Below are positions 11,090-24,010 of a stretch of 64,000 nt of DNA, piece by piece. Location of the stretch: NCBI GenBank assembly GCA_043228905.1, contig JBHGNT010000008.1, forward strand, positions 8,866,001 to 8,930,000. Reading direction: 5' to 3'. The stretch's first letter is position 1; every line of letters starts with the position of its first letter. The notes below the pieces were generated by a model. The model saw only the letters and a list, made by a program, of their open reading frames with translations, was not told the DNA's origin and made no database searches. This DNA is from Azolla caroliniana (Eukaryota > Plantae > Polypodiophyta). The translations under genes were made by a program, and so were the position numbers.

Positions 11090-13897
11090 TGTTAGGAAAC
11101 AGGTCCCTCTGGATGGGAAGGGAGAAGAACCGTGTTGATGAGCAACTCGGCCGAGGCCGAAACCGGAAATCGTGGAGATAGCCAACACGGAAGGCTAAGT
11201 TTGTAAATAGTCTGAATATGCCCTCGTGGGCTAAACTTGTAAATAGTCGAAAGGTTACTTAGGGCAATCATGTTAGATAAGTGCGTTATTGTAAAGTTAC
11301 AATTGACGTTGTTGTTGCCTCTGTAACTGTGAGAGTGAACAAGTGTGAGTGGAAGCGTGTGAGCTCCATAGCCGCCTGTTGGCGAAGCAGGATCTTGAGG
11401 TCGTTGCCTCTGAGATCTCTGATTGTATTCCTTTCTCTCATAGTGTTCTGTTTCGGAGTTTGTGGACTCCACGTGGCTTTTTCCCAGTTCGGGTTTCCAC
11501 ATTAAAATCTGTGTCATTCTCAGTTCCTGTATTCTGTTTTTCCTTTCCATTAGATTGACTATTATTCCGCACACGTACAACCGGTAGCGGCCGGCAACGA
11601 TTTTAACTTCAAGTTTTCCCCGTTTATCCTTTGCAATGTGCACATAAGCAAGGTTGTTGAACACTTTTAGATGTTGGTACGAAACATCTTTACCGGTCCA
11701 TACTCTTTGTGGTTTGTCTCCATCCAAGGGCGTTGAGGGTGATATGTTTCTCACGTACATCACTGTCATCAGCACATCAGCCCAAAACGTCTTGGACAAC
11801 TTGGCATGTGAAGCATACTCTGGACTCTGTCCATTACGGTGTGGTTCATTCTCTCGGCCAGTTCGTTCAGCTTGGATGTCTTCGGCACAGTGAATTCAAG
11901 CCGAATTCCCTTTGACTGATAGTACTCCTCAAACTACCCCTGGTATTCACCTCCGTTGTCCGCTCGAACCCCCTTCAACTTCCAATTGGTTTCTCTTTCA
12001 ACTCTTGCATGGAACTCCATGAAGACGAGCAATACCCGGTCCTTCGTCTTCAGTGTGGACACCCACAACTTCTGGTTGTGGTCATCTATGAAGGTCACAA
12101 AGTATTGCAATCCAGCATGTGACTTCGTGTCCATGAATCATACATTGGTATGCACGAGTTCAAGCGATGCCTTCTATCTCATCGGTGGTCTTGACCAGAA
12201 AGAGCTTCAGTTCTACTTACCGGCCAAACAATCGGTGCACTTCTCAAGTTGCGCGTTGTTTACCTCCGGAATAAGGTTTTCATCGGCAAGTCTTCTCATC
12301 CCTTTCTGGCTCATGTGGCATAGCCTCTTGTGCCACAGTTCACCGGCAGTATCAGAAGCTATGTTCACTTCCTCCCGGTATTCCGAGCATGCATCAGGTA
12401 CAGTGTGTTGATCTTCCAAGCTTAGGCCATGATCGGGCTTCCTCGGCAAAAATTCATTTTGTCGTTTCGAATGCTACCGGTGTAGCCTTCATCATCTAGC
12501 CGACCGGCTGATATCAGGTTCAGTCGAACCTCCGGAACGTGTCGGACATCTTTCAACAACAGCTTGCACCTGGTTGACGTTATCAACCACACATCTCCTA
12601 CGCTGACAATTCAACATGCTCCTTCATTCCCCATCCTTACACAACTGTGAGCTCTAGCTCTGTATGATGAGAAGCACTTTTGGTCGGGGATCAAATGGAA
12701 CGACGCTCTAGAGTCGACCACCCATGTTGATTCATGGTTAACAAGGTGCAGCTCGCTCTCTTCGGTGATTAGCAACAGTTACTCCTCACTTGTCGCAATT
12801 GTCGATGTTCCTCTTCTCTCCGAAATCTTCTTTGGTTCCAGACCTTCTGCTCCCCCTTTGGCTTTTTAGAAGTGTCGGCAATTCTTTTGAAAATGCCCCA
12901 GTTTCCCGCAATAGAAACATGTAGGCTTCCCCCTCGATTTCGACCTCGCCCCTGACTTGTCCCAATTTTGGGGACTTCTATTCCGGTCTCCTCCCCGGTT
13001 TGTGTCATCTTTCATTACTAGGGCTTTCGGGTCGGTTCCGTACTCCCGGTCCTTCCGAGGAGCTTCTTCTTTTAGCAAACTTGACTTCACTCTCACTAGG
13101 GATAAGTTCTATCATTCCGGTCTGGCGTTTCCCAGTGTGACAACCAACGTCTCCCAACTATCCAGAAGGGATCCGAGTAGTAGCAATGCTAGTACCTGAT
13201 CAACTAGAGGTACTTCGAACAAGGTAGTCTGATTTATCCACCCCTGGAAGGTGTTCACATGCTCTACCATACTGGCATCATCTTGATACCAGAGCCTCAC
13301 CATTTTCCAGAATATTGAGACGCAATTTACAACATTCTTATTCTCCAACATCGTGTCAATCTTCTCCCAGAGTTCATGGGCCTTATTCTCTTCATTGAAT
13401 TTATTGTACATGCTCATGTCGATGAAGCATCTTATGTATGCCGCCGTCTTCATTACTTCCTAGGTCACGGCACCGATCTTGTCCAATTTTTTGTCTCCAA
13501 CTATATCGGCAGACATTTGACCACTAGCATGTCTCTCATCTTTGACTTCCACACTGGAAAGTTGGAGTCGGTGAGCTTGAACATGCCACCGAATGACTCT
13601 TCCATTCTCTTTCTTTGTTTGAAGCTTAGAACACGAGCTCTGATGCCAATTTGTCAAGAATTGCGCTCAGCCACAACCGAGTTTCAAATGCCAATGGAAG
13701 ATTAATAGGAAATGAATCAATGCATTTACACAGTCAAACAAGACAACACCGGATGTTTACGTGGAAAAACTTGAGAGGCAAAACCATGAGAGTTCACTGA
13801 CTCCAAACAGGATCAATATAGAGAAGAGGTACTACAATGTGAGACTCAAAGGCAATGACCTCGAGCTCTATCTTTGCCAACCGGCAGTTACCACAGA

Positions 13898-13959
<62 letters not shown>

Positions 13960-14209
13960 AACAATAAGAATGATCACTCTCAAACTATTATGCCCTAGTT
14001 ATATTTATACTTATATAACTTTAGGGCTATTTACAAATATTACCTCAAAAGTCACATCGGAACATATTTACTAATATGTTCGGCCAGGTACCTTCTAGAG
14101 CCATCCGGTCAAGTTTCCGAACACCTTCCTGATCCATCAGGTCTAGTTCCTTCCTTCAACTCATCCTGTTCTCATCGAGATCCCATCCGGAGGGACCAGT
14201 TTCCCAATA

Positions 14210-16840
14210 GATCTCAAGAAAGAATTTACATCGGCTCCTATTCTAACTCATGTGGATCCGCAAAAACCATTTATCATTGAGGCAAACACGCCGGATTTCA
14301 CCCTTGGTAGTATTTTGTCACAGCAAGGTGACAATGAGAAGCTACATCCCGTAGCTTTCCAGTTGCGTAAATTTGACACCAACGAAATCAACTACGAGAT
14401 ACATGATAAGGAGCTATTAGCACTAGTGAACTCTTTTGCACAATGGAGGCATTTCCTAGAAGGATCTCCCCATCAAGTCATTGTATTCAGTGATCACAAG
14501 AATCTTGCCTACTTCCAAAATGATCTTGTATTAAATAAACGACAAGCTCGGTGGGCCCAATTCCTCACTCGTTTCGACTTCAAGATTACATACCGTCCGG
14601 GCAATCAACAAGGGAAGGCATATGCATTATCACGACGCTTGTGTTTAGCACCTCGTCCTGGTGATCCGACCTTCGATAATCAAAAGCAAGTAATCCTGGG
14701 TCCGGCACAACTACAAGCAATGTTGGTTTTTGACACTCCATTGGATTCTCGGCTTATGGATACCATACGTTAAGATTTGGAGACATATGTTTTCGCTCAA
14801 GCTATTCTAGATCAAATTGATTCCTCTCGAGCATCTTCTTCATGGTCACAACAACCAGGTACAGATTATCAACAATTCCACTGTCATGATGGATTACTCT
14901 TCTTTAAGAAACTTTTGTATGTTCCCAATGATCCATGTCGCCTTCGAGTGGTTCAAAATTGTCATGACAACAACTGGACATTTTAATAGTACTAAAACGT
15001 TGGATTTAGTATAATGATCATTTTGGTGGCCGCATATGTGAAGATTTGTTGAAGACTATGTTCGGACATGTGATACATGCTGCAGAGCGAAGATGCCCAA
15101 ACATCACCCATATGGTTTATTGGAGCTATTATCGATCCCCATCAAGCCATGGCAATCTATTTCTCTAGATTTTATCATAGTTCTTCTGTATTCGAAGGGC
15201 TTCAATGTGATCTTAATAGTGGTTGATCGATATACTACGATGACACATTTCTTGCCCTGTACTAAAGAAAACACTAGTGAAGAAACCGCAGGAATTGTTA
15301 TGCGTGAAGTATTTCGACATCATGGTCTTCCCGATAGTATCATCAATGATCGTGAACCTCAATTCGTCTCTAAATTTTGGAAGCATCTCTTCAAAAATCT
15401 CAAGGTCACCTGCAACCTCTCCTCTAGTTATCATCCCCAAATAGATGGACAAGCATAACGTACAAATCAAACGTTGGAATGGTATCTTCGGTGTTTTCTA
15501 AGCTATCTACAAGATGATTGGGTAAATATTCTACACTTTGCTGAATTTTCTTATAATAATTATATCCACTCCTCTACTAGGGTTACACCATTCTATGCTT
15601 ATATATACCATCATCCTCATTGGTGTGTATTAGAAACTCATGAGTTACCCACAAATCCTAGTGTAGATAATCATTTGGAGCGGCTATGAAAGATTCATGC
15701 AGAACTATCCACCCACCTACATCAAGCCCAACAAACACAGAAGGATTATGCGGATCATCGTCGGATTCCATCCTGTTTTGATATTGGAGATCGTGTATGG
15801 CTATTACAACGGCACATAAACACTACTTGACCATGTGACAAATTGGATTATCGATGATTAGGCCCCTTTCGGATTAACATGATTAGGCCCCTTTCGTATT
15901 ACCCACAAATCCTAGTGTAGATAATCATTTGGAGCGGCTATGAAAGATTCATGCAGAACTATCCACCCACCTACATCAAGCCCAACAAACACAGAAGGAT
16001 TATGCGGATCATTGTCGGATTCCATCCTGTTTTGATATTGGAGATCGTGTATGGCTATTACAACGGCACATAAACACTACTTGACCATGTGACAAATTGG
16101 ATTATCGATGAGTAGGCCCCTTTCGTATTAACATGATGTCACTTTTCGCCTTGATCTACCTCTGCAACTACGGATACATCTGGTATTCATAGTTCTCTTC
16201 TAGAACCCTATCAGGACAACACTATCCCAATCGTATTACACCACCTCCACCCCTAATCGAACATGAAGATGGACCTGAGTACGAGGTTGTTGCCATCCTC
16301 GATTTGAAGATTGTTCACAACAAGCCTACTATTTGGTCAATTGGCTAGGATATAGTCCAAGCGAGCGTACTTGGGAACCAATAGAGAATGTGGCAAATGC
16401 TTTCTTGAGGACTTCCATTGTCAATATCCAGACAAACCAGGTCCTCAATCAAAGACGACTCGTAACACTTGTTGTTTAAAGGGGGGATAGTGTCATGATA
16501 TGGCATGGTATGGCTCTAAAAGGAATTTGAACCCATGACCCTATGTTACATGGGTTGAAGCCATACAATTAAGCTATACATTGTAATACAAAAAATATTA
16601 TTTTCATTTATTATTTCACTATAAAAATTCATGTATATTCTAGATAACTCTAGAACATTCTAGAAACTTCAGCAGTACTCCTAACAATACTATAAATAGA
16701 GGCACATGACATTATTTAGAACCAATTCGGTTCAATGCCAATCTTAAGCCTCCTAGTTATTCTTGTATCCTTCTTCATATAATATAATATACTTCTTGTT
16801 GTCTTCATTCTCTCTCTCTCTCTCTCTCCACCCTCCTCCT
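14210..16840 (+). mobile_element. Chromovirus Ty3/Gypsy 3' part (RNase H, integrase, chromodomain, PPT, 3' LTR from 16491)
   Basis: ORFs 14252-14773 (NYEIHDKELLA), 15093-15458 (PWQSISLDFI). Chromodomain EYEVVAIL..WLGY..TWEP near 16275-16380. PPT AAAGGGGGGATA then TGTCATG at 16491, similar to the LTR at 62552. Confidence 0.88.
15645..16136 (+). repeat. Tandem duplication (period 254 bp) within chromovirus integrase
   Basis: TTACCCACAAATCC... at 15645 and 15899, near identical, with a short re-copied GATTAGGCCCCTTTCG at the junction. Confidence 0.9.
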
Positions 16841-16841
16841 C

Positions 16842-17616
16842 CTTGAGACGGGATCGCTTCCCATTGAGATCATGGCCATGGAAAGGGTTGTTGAATACAT
16901 GCTTAAGGTTCAAAAAAGTCCCTCACATCGACTTCCTAGAATTGCGTGGGAAGCAAGCAAAAAGATCCAAAAGACACATAAAAACAAAATTTTGTGTTCC
17001 GATTGGATGCAAGATATAGAAAAATGGTTTGGTAGATGGGATGCAAGACACTTGCTTCATGATGCATCATTAGATTCCTCTGTAAATGAGGTATTTTTGC
17101 AATGCCAATGTATCATGACATGGGACAAATGTGGAGGCTCACGCTTCACACATTATACTACACATGTTGCACCTAACTACAAAACCATATTCTTTACGGA
17201 ACGGGGAAATCGTACACATCCATACATGTTAGAGCCCATACCGTTATCTTCCATTCGAATCATTGCTTCCATGCGACTTAGCTCACATGCATTGCGATGT
17301 GAAACAGGGCGTTGGGGTACAAGTGATGAGAGTGGTCAGCTATGCACACTTTGCCCTAAACAAGTTCGCGAGTTTGAGTATCACACTTTGATACAATGCT
17401 CTGCCTTTGATCATATTCGACCATTCTTTCCACATCTCTTCGATCGAGCCCAATCTTTGCATGAATTCCTCTCACAACCACAATGTGCACTCTCGATTGC
17501 AACATTCATTGGTAAAGTTCTTGAACATCGAGAGTCACTACTCACTTTCACACGTATCACGTGAAATGTAATATTTTTGGTCTCATAGGTCATATTTGAC
17601 CTCCGAAGACGATAAT

Positions 17617-17650
<34 letters not shown>
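16842..17650 (+). mobile_element. 5'-truncated non-LTR retrotransposon (RTEX-like C-terminus) ending in (TC)n
   Basis: ORF 16872-17564 with RLSSHALRCETGRW..CTLC..EYHTLIQC C-terminal zinc-binding motif. Short 3' UTR with hairpin AGGTCA-TATT-TGACCT, then (TC)n. Clade assignment is from motif recall. Confidence 0.7.
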
Positions 17651-17654
<4 letters not shown>

Positions 17655-18990
17655 TTTGTAAATGTATGTTTATATTAAAACAATCATGACAATACAAAAA
17701 AACTTTGCTATCAAAAGTAGCGATGTGGCAAGGGCAACCTTCTAAGGTGCTGCAATACAAAACGACACAAATGTAACTCATATGGGGATAAAGTTCCCAT
17801 ACAACATAACTGTGAAAACTACCAAATCAACTTTCCTCTTATCCTACATATTTGTTGAGATACTCTAGATAGTCCATGAAATAAGAAATCATTCTGCAAG
17901 TTCCAATTATACCACATGCCCAAGTACCTCAAATAATCAAACACAAACTTATACTCTGGTGATGTTAAAACTCTATCACCTTCAATGAAAACCCATTGAA
18001 AAGGTGACAAAACATTTCCAGTCAATGACCCCCAAAGTTGTGATATAACTATCCATATACTTTTAGTAACATGGCAAGATATAAACCCGTGTCGAGAATC
18101 TTCATCAATCATCGTACAGAAGACACATGTACCACAATCAATGTGTCTTCATTTTAAAGCCATAGCCAAAGGTAACCCACCAACTATAGCATGCCAAAGA
18201 AACACCTTTGCACGGAAAGGAAGATGAGACTTCCATCCTGCATCTAAAACTCTAACACACCATTCACTTCCACAGATAATGTGCCATGTATCCAAAACCT
18301 TGCTCTGTACCCAAACTCTATCCTTAACCAACTTATGATAAACTTCATTAGTGTTCACTACAAATAATGATTTCTTGTTATAAAAAAACCAATCTTTCCA
18401 CGGTTCCACCACCACCGATTGTGGAATTAGTGATGATAAGATAGGCAATTGTACTACTGTTTGCCAAATCTGACCATATCCAAGAGGTATATGAAATCTA
18501 CTTCTCATAGTTCAAAAAGCCATCATATGCCTCTGTGACTCTAAAATACCATTCTCCACAGTACCAAACGTAGTTTTGCCATTCTATTAAACTTTGATTT
18601 TAAACTGTCTTTTCCATCCCATCGTAATAATCTTGAAGATGCTATCACCTCTGCTGGCAAAGAGTTGCAATCTTTTCTACATTTAGGTGGTTTCCAATTG
18701 AACAACTTCAAACATTTTTGCCAAGAGACCACTAAATGTTGAATAATAGTAGATTCTGAACATCTAAATGATCGAGTGTTATCAATAACATGCCACCATG
18801 AAGTTCAATTTTTGTTTTACCATGTTGTATCCCCACTTTCTCCACAAAATAACAAATTATCTATGCCCATGGTTGAGAACCTGAACACATCTCTTTCAAG
18901 AGACTAAACCTTCGAGCAACCAGATGATCTTCCAAATTGAGTAAACCAGCTCCTCCTAAATGTTTCGGGGTACATACGTGAAGCCATGAA
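17651..18990 (-). mobile_element. 5'-truncated, degenerate L1-clade LINE
   Basis: HLPFRAKVFLWHAIVGGLP...CVFC..EDSRHGFISC (zf-RVT-type motif) in ORFs 18149-18508 and 17819-18112. Confidence 0.75.
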
Positions 18991-19054
18991 ACCCAACTGA
19001 TACCAATGTTGGACTCTTTCTTCCATAATGTATACCCAACGTATGTATACCAAT

Positions 19055-19213
19055 GTCATCATTCTCTCTCTCTCACTATCTCACACACACACTCTCTCTC
19101 TTCCCCTCTCGTGATTCTCACACACTCTTTCCCTTCTTACTATTAATCCTCATAGTATTCTTCTCATCTATCTTTAATACTAATTCTCCTTACCTCTAGT
19201 ACTATTCCTGACA
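19055..19213 (+). repeat. Probable 3' portion of a chromovirus LTR
   Basis: CT-rich tract ending TAGTACTATTCCTGACA, similar to LTR ends at 60416 and 62979. Confidence 0.5.
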
Positions 19214-20990
19214 GGCATTAGTGTGCACATGGAATTCTTTGTCCCATTAAAGTGACGGGGGAATGGAGGCCTTGGTGATGCATTCCTTAAGATGTTCAAA
19301 CACTTGGGTGCACTCCTCCATTCACATGTATTTTTTTAGTAACTTGTAGAGAGGTCCCACTTTTTCAGCGAACATCTTAATGAAGCAACAATAATAACCC
19401 ACGTACCCCACAAATCCTTGTATTTGTTTCTCATTCGTCAGGGGTGGCATGTCAAGTATAAGCTTGACTTTTGCTTTGTTCAGTGAAGAAACCATCTTTT
19501 GACACTACGTTGCAAAGGATGAGGCCCTATTTAACCCAAAACTAGCACTTGAGGAGATTAAGGGAGAGTTGATACTCTCGACAGTTCTCGAACATCGTGC
19601 ATAGTAATGGGAGGTGCTTGTGCCATTTGGGGTGGCAAAAACGTAGGATTCAATTCCATTTCTTAGTTTAGATGCAAAGATGTGATCCTCTCCTCGTTGG
19701 TAAGTGCTTAATGCGCTTGTTAACCCGAACAATTTAGGTGGCGAATTTTGTCTTATGTGATCTTCAAGCACCATCGAGATTTGATTATATCTTGAGAACC
19801 CGTCAATAAAACTGTAAGCTTCTTTTCTTGCTACATGTTCGATGTACAAGACCGGGTAGTTATCTAGGATGGTAACTTCATTCACTCATCAATAATTGAT
19901 GCATACACGAATTTTGCCATTCTTCTTTGGGACCACGACTATGGGAGACACCCAAGTCGTTCGCCAAATTGGGTAAATCATTCCGGCTACTAGCATTTTA
20001 TCGATCTTAGCCTTCACTTGTTGGGCGTAATGAGTTTTCATTCGTCTTAGTAATTGACGTATGGGGCATGCATCAGTCTGCATTGGTAAGGTGTGGGAGA
20101 TGACTTCTTTTGGGACACTACGCATGTCTGTGTAGCTCAAAGTGAACATATCCTTAAATTGTAAGAGCAAAGATACCAATGTGGCTTCGTCTTTTGGTTG
20201 GAGATCAATGGCAATGAAGACTTGCTTGGGGTATGTGGTGTCTCCTGGATTGATCTCATTGACCTTCGCCGGTCTGTCGCATGTTGCACTCGTTGAAGCC
20301 GTCATACATTGTTGGTGTCGACAAGTGACCATGCGGCTTCCTTGTTCGTAGAGTTTGAAGTGAGTGGGGAAATCAACCTCCATTGGCGATGTTGATGGTG
20401 TTGTGCTTGTCTTGTCTTTCGAGGGAGATTCTACCTTTTCTTTATTTCATCGTGATGTGTTCTTCGTTGGGGCTAGGTGAGGTGACTACACTTGGTAAGG
20501 ATCCTTGGTAGGTGTGAATGGCGTGACGTTAAACATGCAATCGTTTTATCATCCTCATCACAACATCTCGTGCCTAAAGGATACATGGCATCCATGGTAG
20601 CAAGGGCATGCACCCAATTCACGTCAGAAGAGGTAGAGGTGATGGAGCTAGACTTAGGATCATTCGGGACCCAACAGTCATGAACTTGGGGTTTATGTTG
20701 GTATCTTGCTAAGATCTTTGGGGTTTTAGTTTATTGGCATGTTAAAAGTTTCGTTTCAAACTCTGTGGTCTTCGACAAGTAATCCATAAGAGGGGCACCT
20801 TCTTGTTCGTGGATCTTTTGGGTGTAGGCTTGGATGCAGAAGGTTTTGTTAGCCTTGTGCATGTAGATTGTGTCGTTACCAAAGTCCATGACCAACCTGC
20901 TCACCCTTAGGAAGGGTTGGCCTGGTGGGAATTATAGGTGATGTGGTTGGTATTAGGGCAAAACAAAACATATGAATGTATGGTGCAAGG
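19214..20990 (-). pseudogene. Highly degenerate non-chromovirus Gypsy PR/RT relic
   Basis: ORFs 19889-20383 (WVSPIVVVPKKNGKIRVC) and 19505-19885 (YSFIDGFSRYNQI) resemble RT 48079-49305. Confidence 0.8.
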
Positions 20991-22702
20991 TCCAAACATT
21001 GTACTTATGTGTTGTAACACATTATGCCTACTAATAATGTGCTTAATCTTAGTCTTCAAATAAGGGAAAACAAAACATACATATAACTTAAGCTAATAAA
21101 AGTATGGGATGCTGAAAAGAAAAAGAAAAAGGCAAGCTTAAGCTACTATGCTAGAGAGAAAAAGAGCGCAAACATCAAAAGAAGCCCAAGGCACACATCT
21201 AACATAAAGGAGGGTTTTCATTTCCTAAGGTATATAAGAGCATTAAGCTCATATCATTGTGTAAATTCCAACAAATTTAAATCTCGATTTCCATGTTATA
21301 AAATTCATGTTCTAGGGTATTTCATATGAATTTTTTGTTTTTACTTTCCTTTCTTGATCGAGTTCCACTCTTAGACAGGGATATGATGCATGACCACATG
21401 CGCGACGCATTTAGGACGACAATGTTGAATGTATTGAGGAATTCATTTTATAAAAGAGGAAGTGTATTTTGAATTGGATTTGATGGTCTAATTGGTATGG
21501 ATAAAGTTCTTGAGGGGGAGTATTGGGTGTGAGCCCACAAACCCACACGTATGAACAATACAACATGTACACATTCATTATGGTAGGTGGAGTAACCATT
21601 AAAAGGTCACAAAAGAACCTTAAGAACATATTCTAAGGTGAGCCATCAACTATGTAGTACATAGTTTGAGTTATATCTATACTCGCATACTTTGGAGCAC
21701 ATGTCACATAAATCTCAAGGTAATAAACCTATGTTGTGATCGCGTACTCTAAAGCATTTTGAATAATGCACTTTATTACAACTCAATTCTTCAGGGTCTT
21801 CTTATAAAGCATTTGTTTATTTGTCATATATTTTCGCTACATAACACTTGTACGTGCTCAATTAGGAGTACATAAATTAGAGTTCATGTTGAATCATTCC
21901 CTTTGTTTTTATGGCACATTGACACTTTCCAATTATGATATAGTTTCTTCTCCATTGTTTATTTTTGTTTTAAATGACTATACATTCCAAATGTTTCGTG
22001 CCCAACAGTTAACAAAACCAATTATCATCCTCTTTCTTCCTTCTCTTCCATTTTGGAATACAATTGCATAAAGTGATGCCTCCAATAGACACGTTATTGA
22101 CACAAATGGTGAGCGTTTGAAAGGAATGTCTCTCTCTCTCTCTCTCTCTCTTGTAAGTGTCATACTCAAGTGTCCACATAGAATGGCGAGCATGTATGTG
22201 CATGCATTAGTTTTACATAGAGTATTTGTTGCAAATTAGGACCCCCCCTACTTTTAGGAAGGAGCCACATACAAGATGATAATGTTGATTTGGTTCCATA
22301 GGTCAATTTTGGCCTCCTTATGGATGATAAAACATCTATTCTCTCTATCTCTCTGTCTCTCCGCAACAAACAAGAAGATAGATCTCAAAACACTAGACTT
22401 ATAAGATCATCAGAATATGCAACAGATAACACACCATTATTACAATGGGCCAATGTTTAATGAGTTATACATACACGCAATCTCTTGCTAAGCTATGGAA
22501 GATGCTCAGTAGCTCATCGAGGCCCCTCCACCCCCCTCCCGAGTGTCATTCATTTGCCTTGTCACCGATATGAAGAAGGATGCAGTGGCGGCAACGATGG
22601 GGGTGTAGACAATGAATGAATCGAGCTGAGTGTAAGAACGAGAGAGTTTGTGTTCAGTTATCTCTTGTATGTATGTATATGAGAGATAGATAGATAGAGT
22701 CT

Positions 22703-22737
22703 ATTATTATCGTCTTCGGAGGTCGAAGTATGACCTA
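22703..22737 (-). mobile_element. ~35-bp 3'-end stub of the LINE family at 16842-17650
   Basis: Reverse complement TAGGTCATACTTCGACCTCCGAAGACGATAAT matches 17586-17616 TAGGTCATATTTGACCTCCGAAGACGATAAT. Confidence 0.75.
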
Positions 22738-22799
22738 GAGAGAGAGAGAGAGAGAGAGAACTAGAGAGTTTGTGTTTATAGTTATGTCTTGTATATATG

Positions 22800-22848
<49 letters not shown>

Positions 22849-23300
22849 ATATTGATTGATTGATTGATTGATTGGGGATGGCCCTGTTTAAGGAAGGGGG
22901 AGGGGGGGAGGAGACGGCAAGATGACGGCGATGTTAACGGCGTGCCGTCAAGTCAAGCGGCACGCCCTTCGCATTCTATCTTAGCCTTCCCCTCCGTCTC
23001 CTTCTCTCTGTCTCCGCCTCTGTCTCTGTCTCCTGTCTGTCTGTGTCTGGTCTATCTGTGATTGTCAGTGTGACCCTCCTTCTGTTTTTCTTTTTAGGGT
23101 TTCTTCTTTTCTTGCTTGCTCCCTTCCTCTCTCACCCTCCCTTCCCCCCCCCCCCCCCCCTTCCCTCCCTCCATCTTCCGTTTCTTCGATCGATCCATTT
23201 CTCCACCGATCTTCCTTCTCGTCGCTATGGCGCAGCAGAGATAGGCGGGGCTTTCTTTCCCCTCTGACCCATCGTATCTGCGCAGATATCAGGGTATGTG
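22737..23300 (+). promoter_or_regulatory. Putative promoter / 5' UTR region of CK1 with (GA)n tracts and a pyrimidine-rich leader
   Basis: (GA)n at 22737-22759 and 22803-22847, CT-rich Y-patch 22980-23220, possible donor GG|GTATGT near 23293. Transcription start is not determinable. Confidence 0.4.
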
Positions 23301-24010
23301 AAAATTAGGGCCTTTTATTCACGCCGCCCTTTATTTGTTTATGCGCAGCGGAGAGTGTCTTTTTCTCGCCCTTCTTTCTGCGCAGAGATCAGGGTCTGTT
23401 AAAGTTAGGGCTTCATCCAGTCATTTTTTGGGCACTGATCAGGCTTTTCTAAATTAGGGTTTCTTGCTACTATTTTCTGTGCAGAAATTAGGGGTTTTAA
23501 ATTAGTGTTCTGTGGAGCCACCTCTTGTGCAGATACTAGTGTTTCGTGGAGGCACCGTTTGTTTTTGAACGAAGATTAGCCGTTCTAAACCATCATTACA
23601 ATTTTTGTGCAGAAACTAGTGTTTCTAATATTAGGCTTAGTATTAGCATGGTTTTCTGGCGGATTCTTATTTACGTTGAGAGTAGGTATTTTATTTTACC
23701 TCAGTCGGTGTGAAGATCTCTAGAAAGCGTGTAAGGGTTCTGTTTGAACACAGTGATGCAGTAACTTCGGGAACCCTAATTATCTCAATAAATTGTCTGG
23801 CATCATAATCCTGGAACCTGTGTTACCAATATAACCCTAGTTATAAACATAACCTTAACCATCAACATCTTGACATCTTTATCTTCCAAGGAGGCAACAT
23901 TTTCATCGAGCTCTTCTTATCAGATAATCATTGCAAAAAGTTGAATTTTTGTATCTCAGTTCAGGGAACAATACTGTTTGTGGTAATATTTCTCAATTTT
24001 GAGTCAAATC

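Larger units (their letters stand above)
2062..11611 (+). mobile_element. Ty1/Copia complex A with outer LTRs 2062-2583 and 11090-11611
   Basis: Two near-identical 522-bp LTRs (TGTTAGG...AACTTCA), 5-bp TSD AGTTT, degenerate iMet PBS TGTTATCAGAGC at 2587-2598, PPT GAAGGGGGAG before 11090. Confidence 0.95.
1925..14209 (-). mobile_element. Older Ty1/Copia element C (5' LTR 13652-14209, gag-PR-IN remnant, 3' part lost), interrupted by complex A
   Basis: PBS complement GCTCTGATGCCA at 13637-13648 next to LTR start TGTCAAG (13652). Degenerate gag/IN ORFs at 11617-13600. Integrase peptide DKRGKL|DLKTQPCIF is split at the AGTTT TSD (2057-2061 / 11612-11616). Confidence 0.85.

Noticed and set aside
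13903-13957. (TG)n and the many (GA)n microsatellites with their CVCV/SLSL ORFs
   Set aside because: Ordinary microsatellites, mostly internal to LTRs; not coding.
18995-19015. CTGATACCA-A-TGTTGG as an iMet PBS plus LTR start
   Set aside because: Only a 9-nt match, lies at the end of LINE sequence, and no partner LTR or gag is adjacent.
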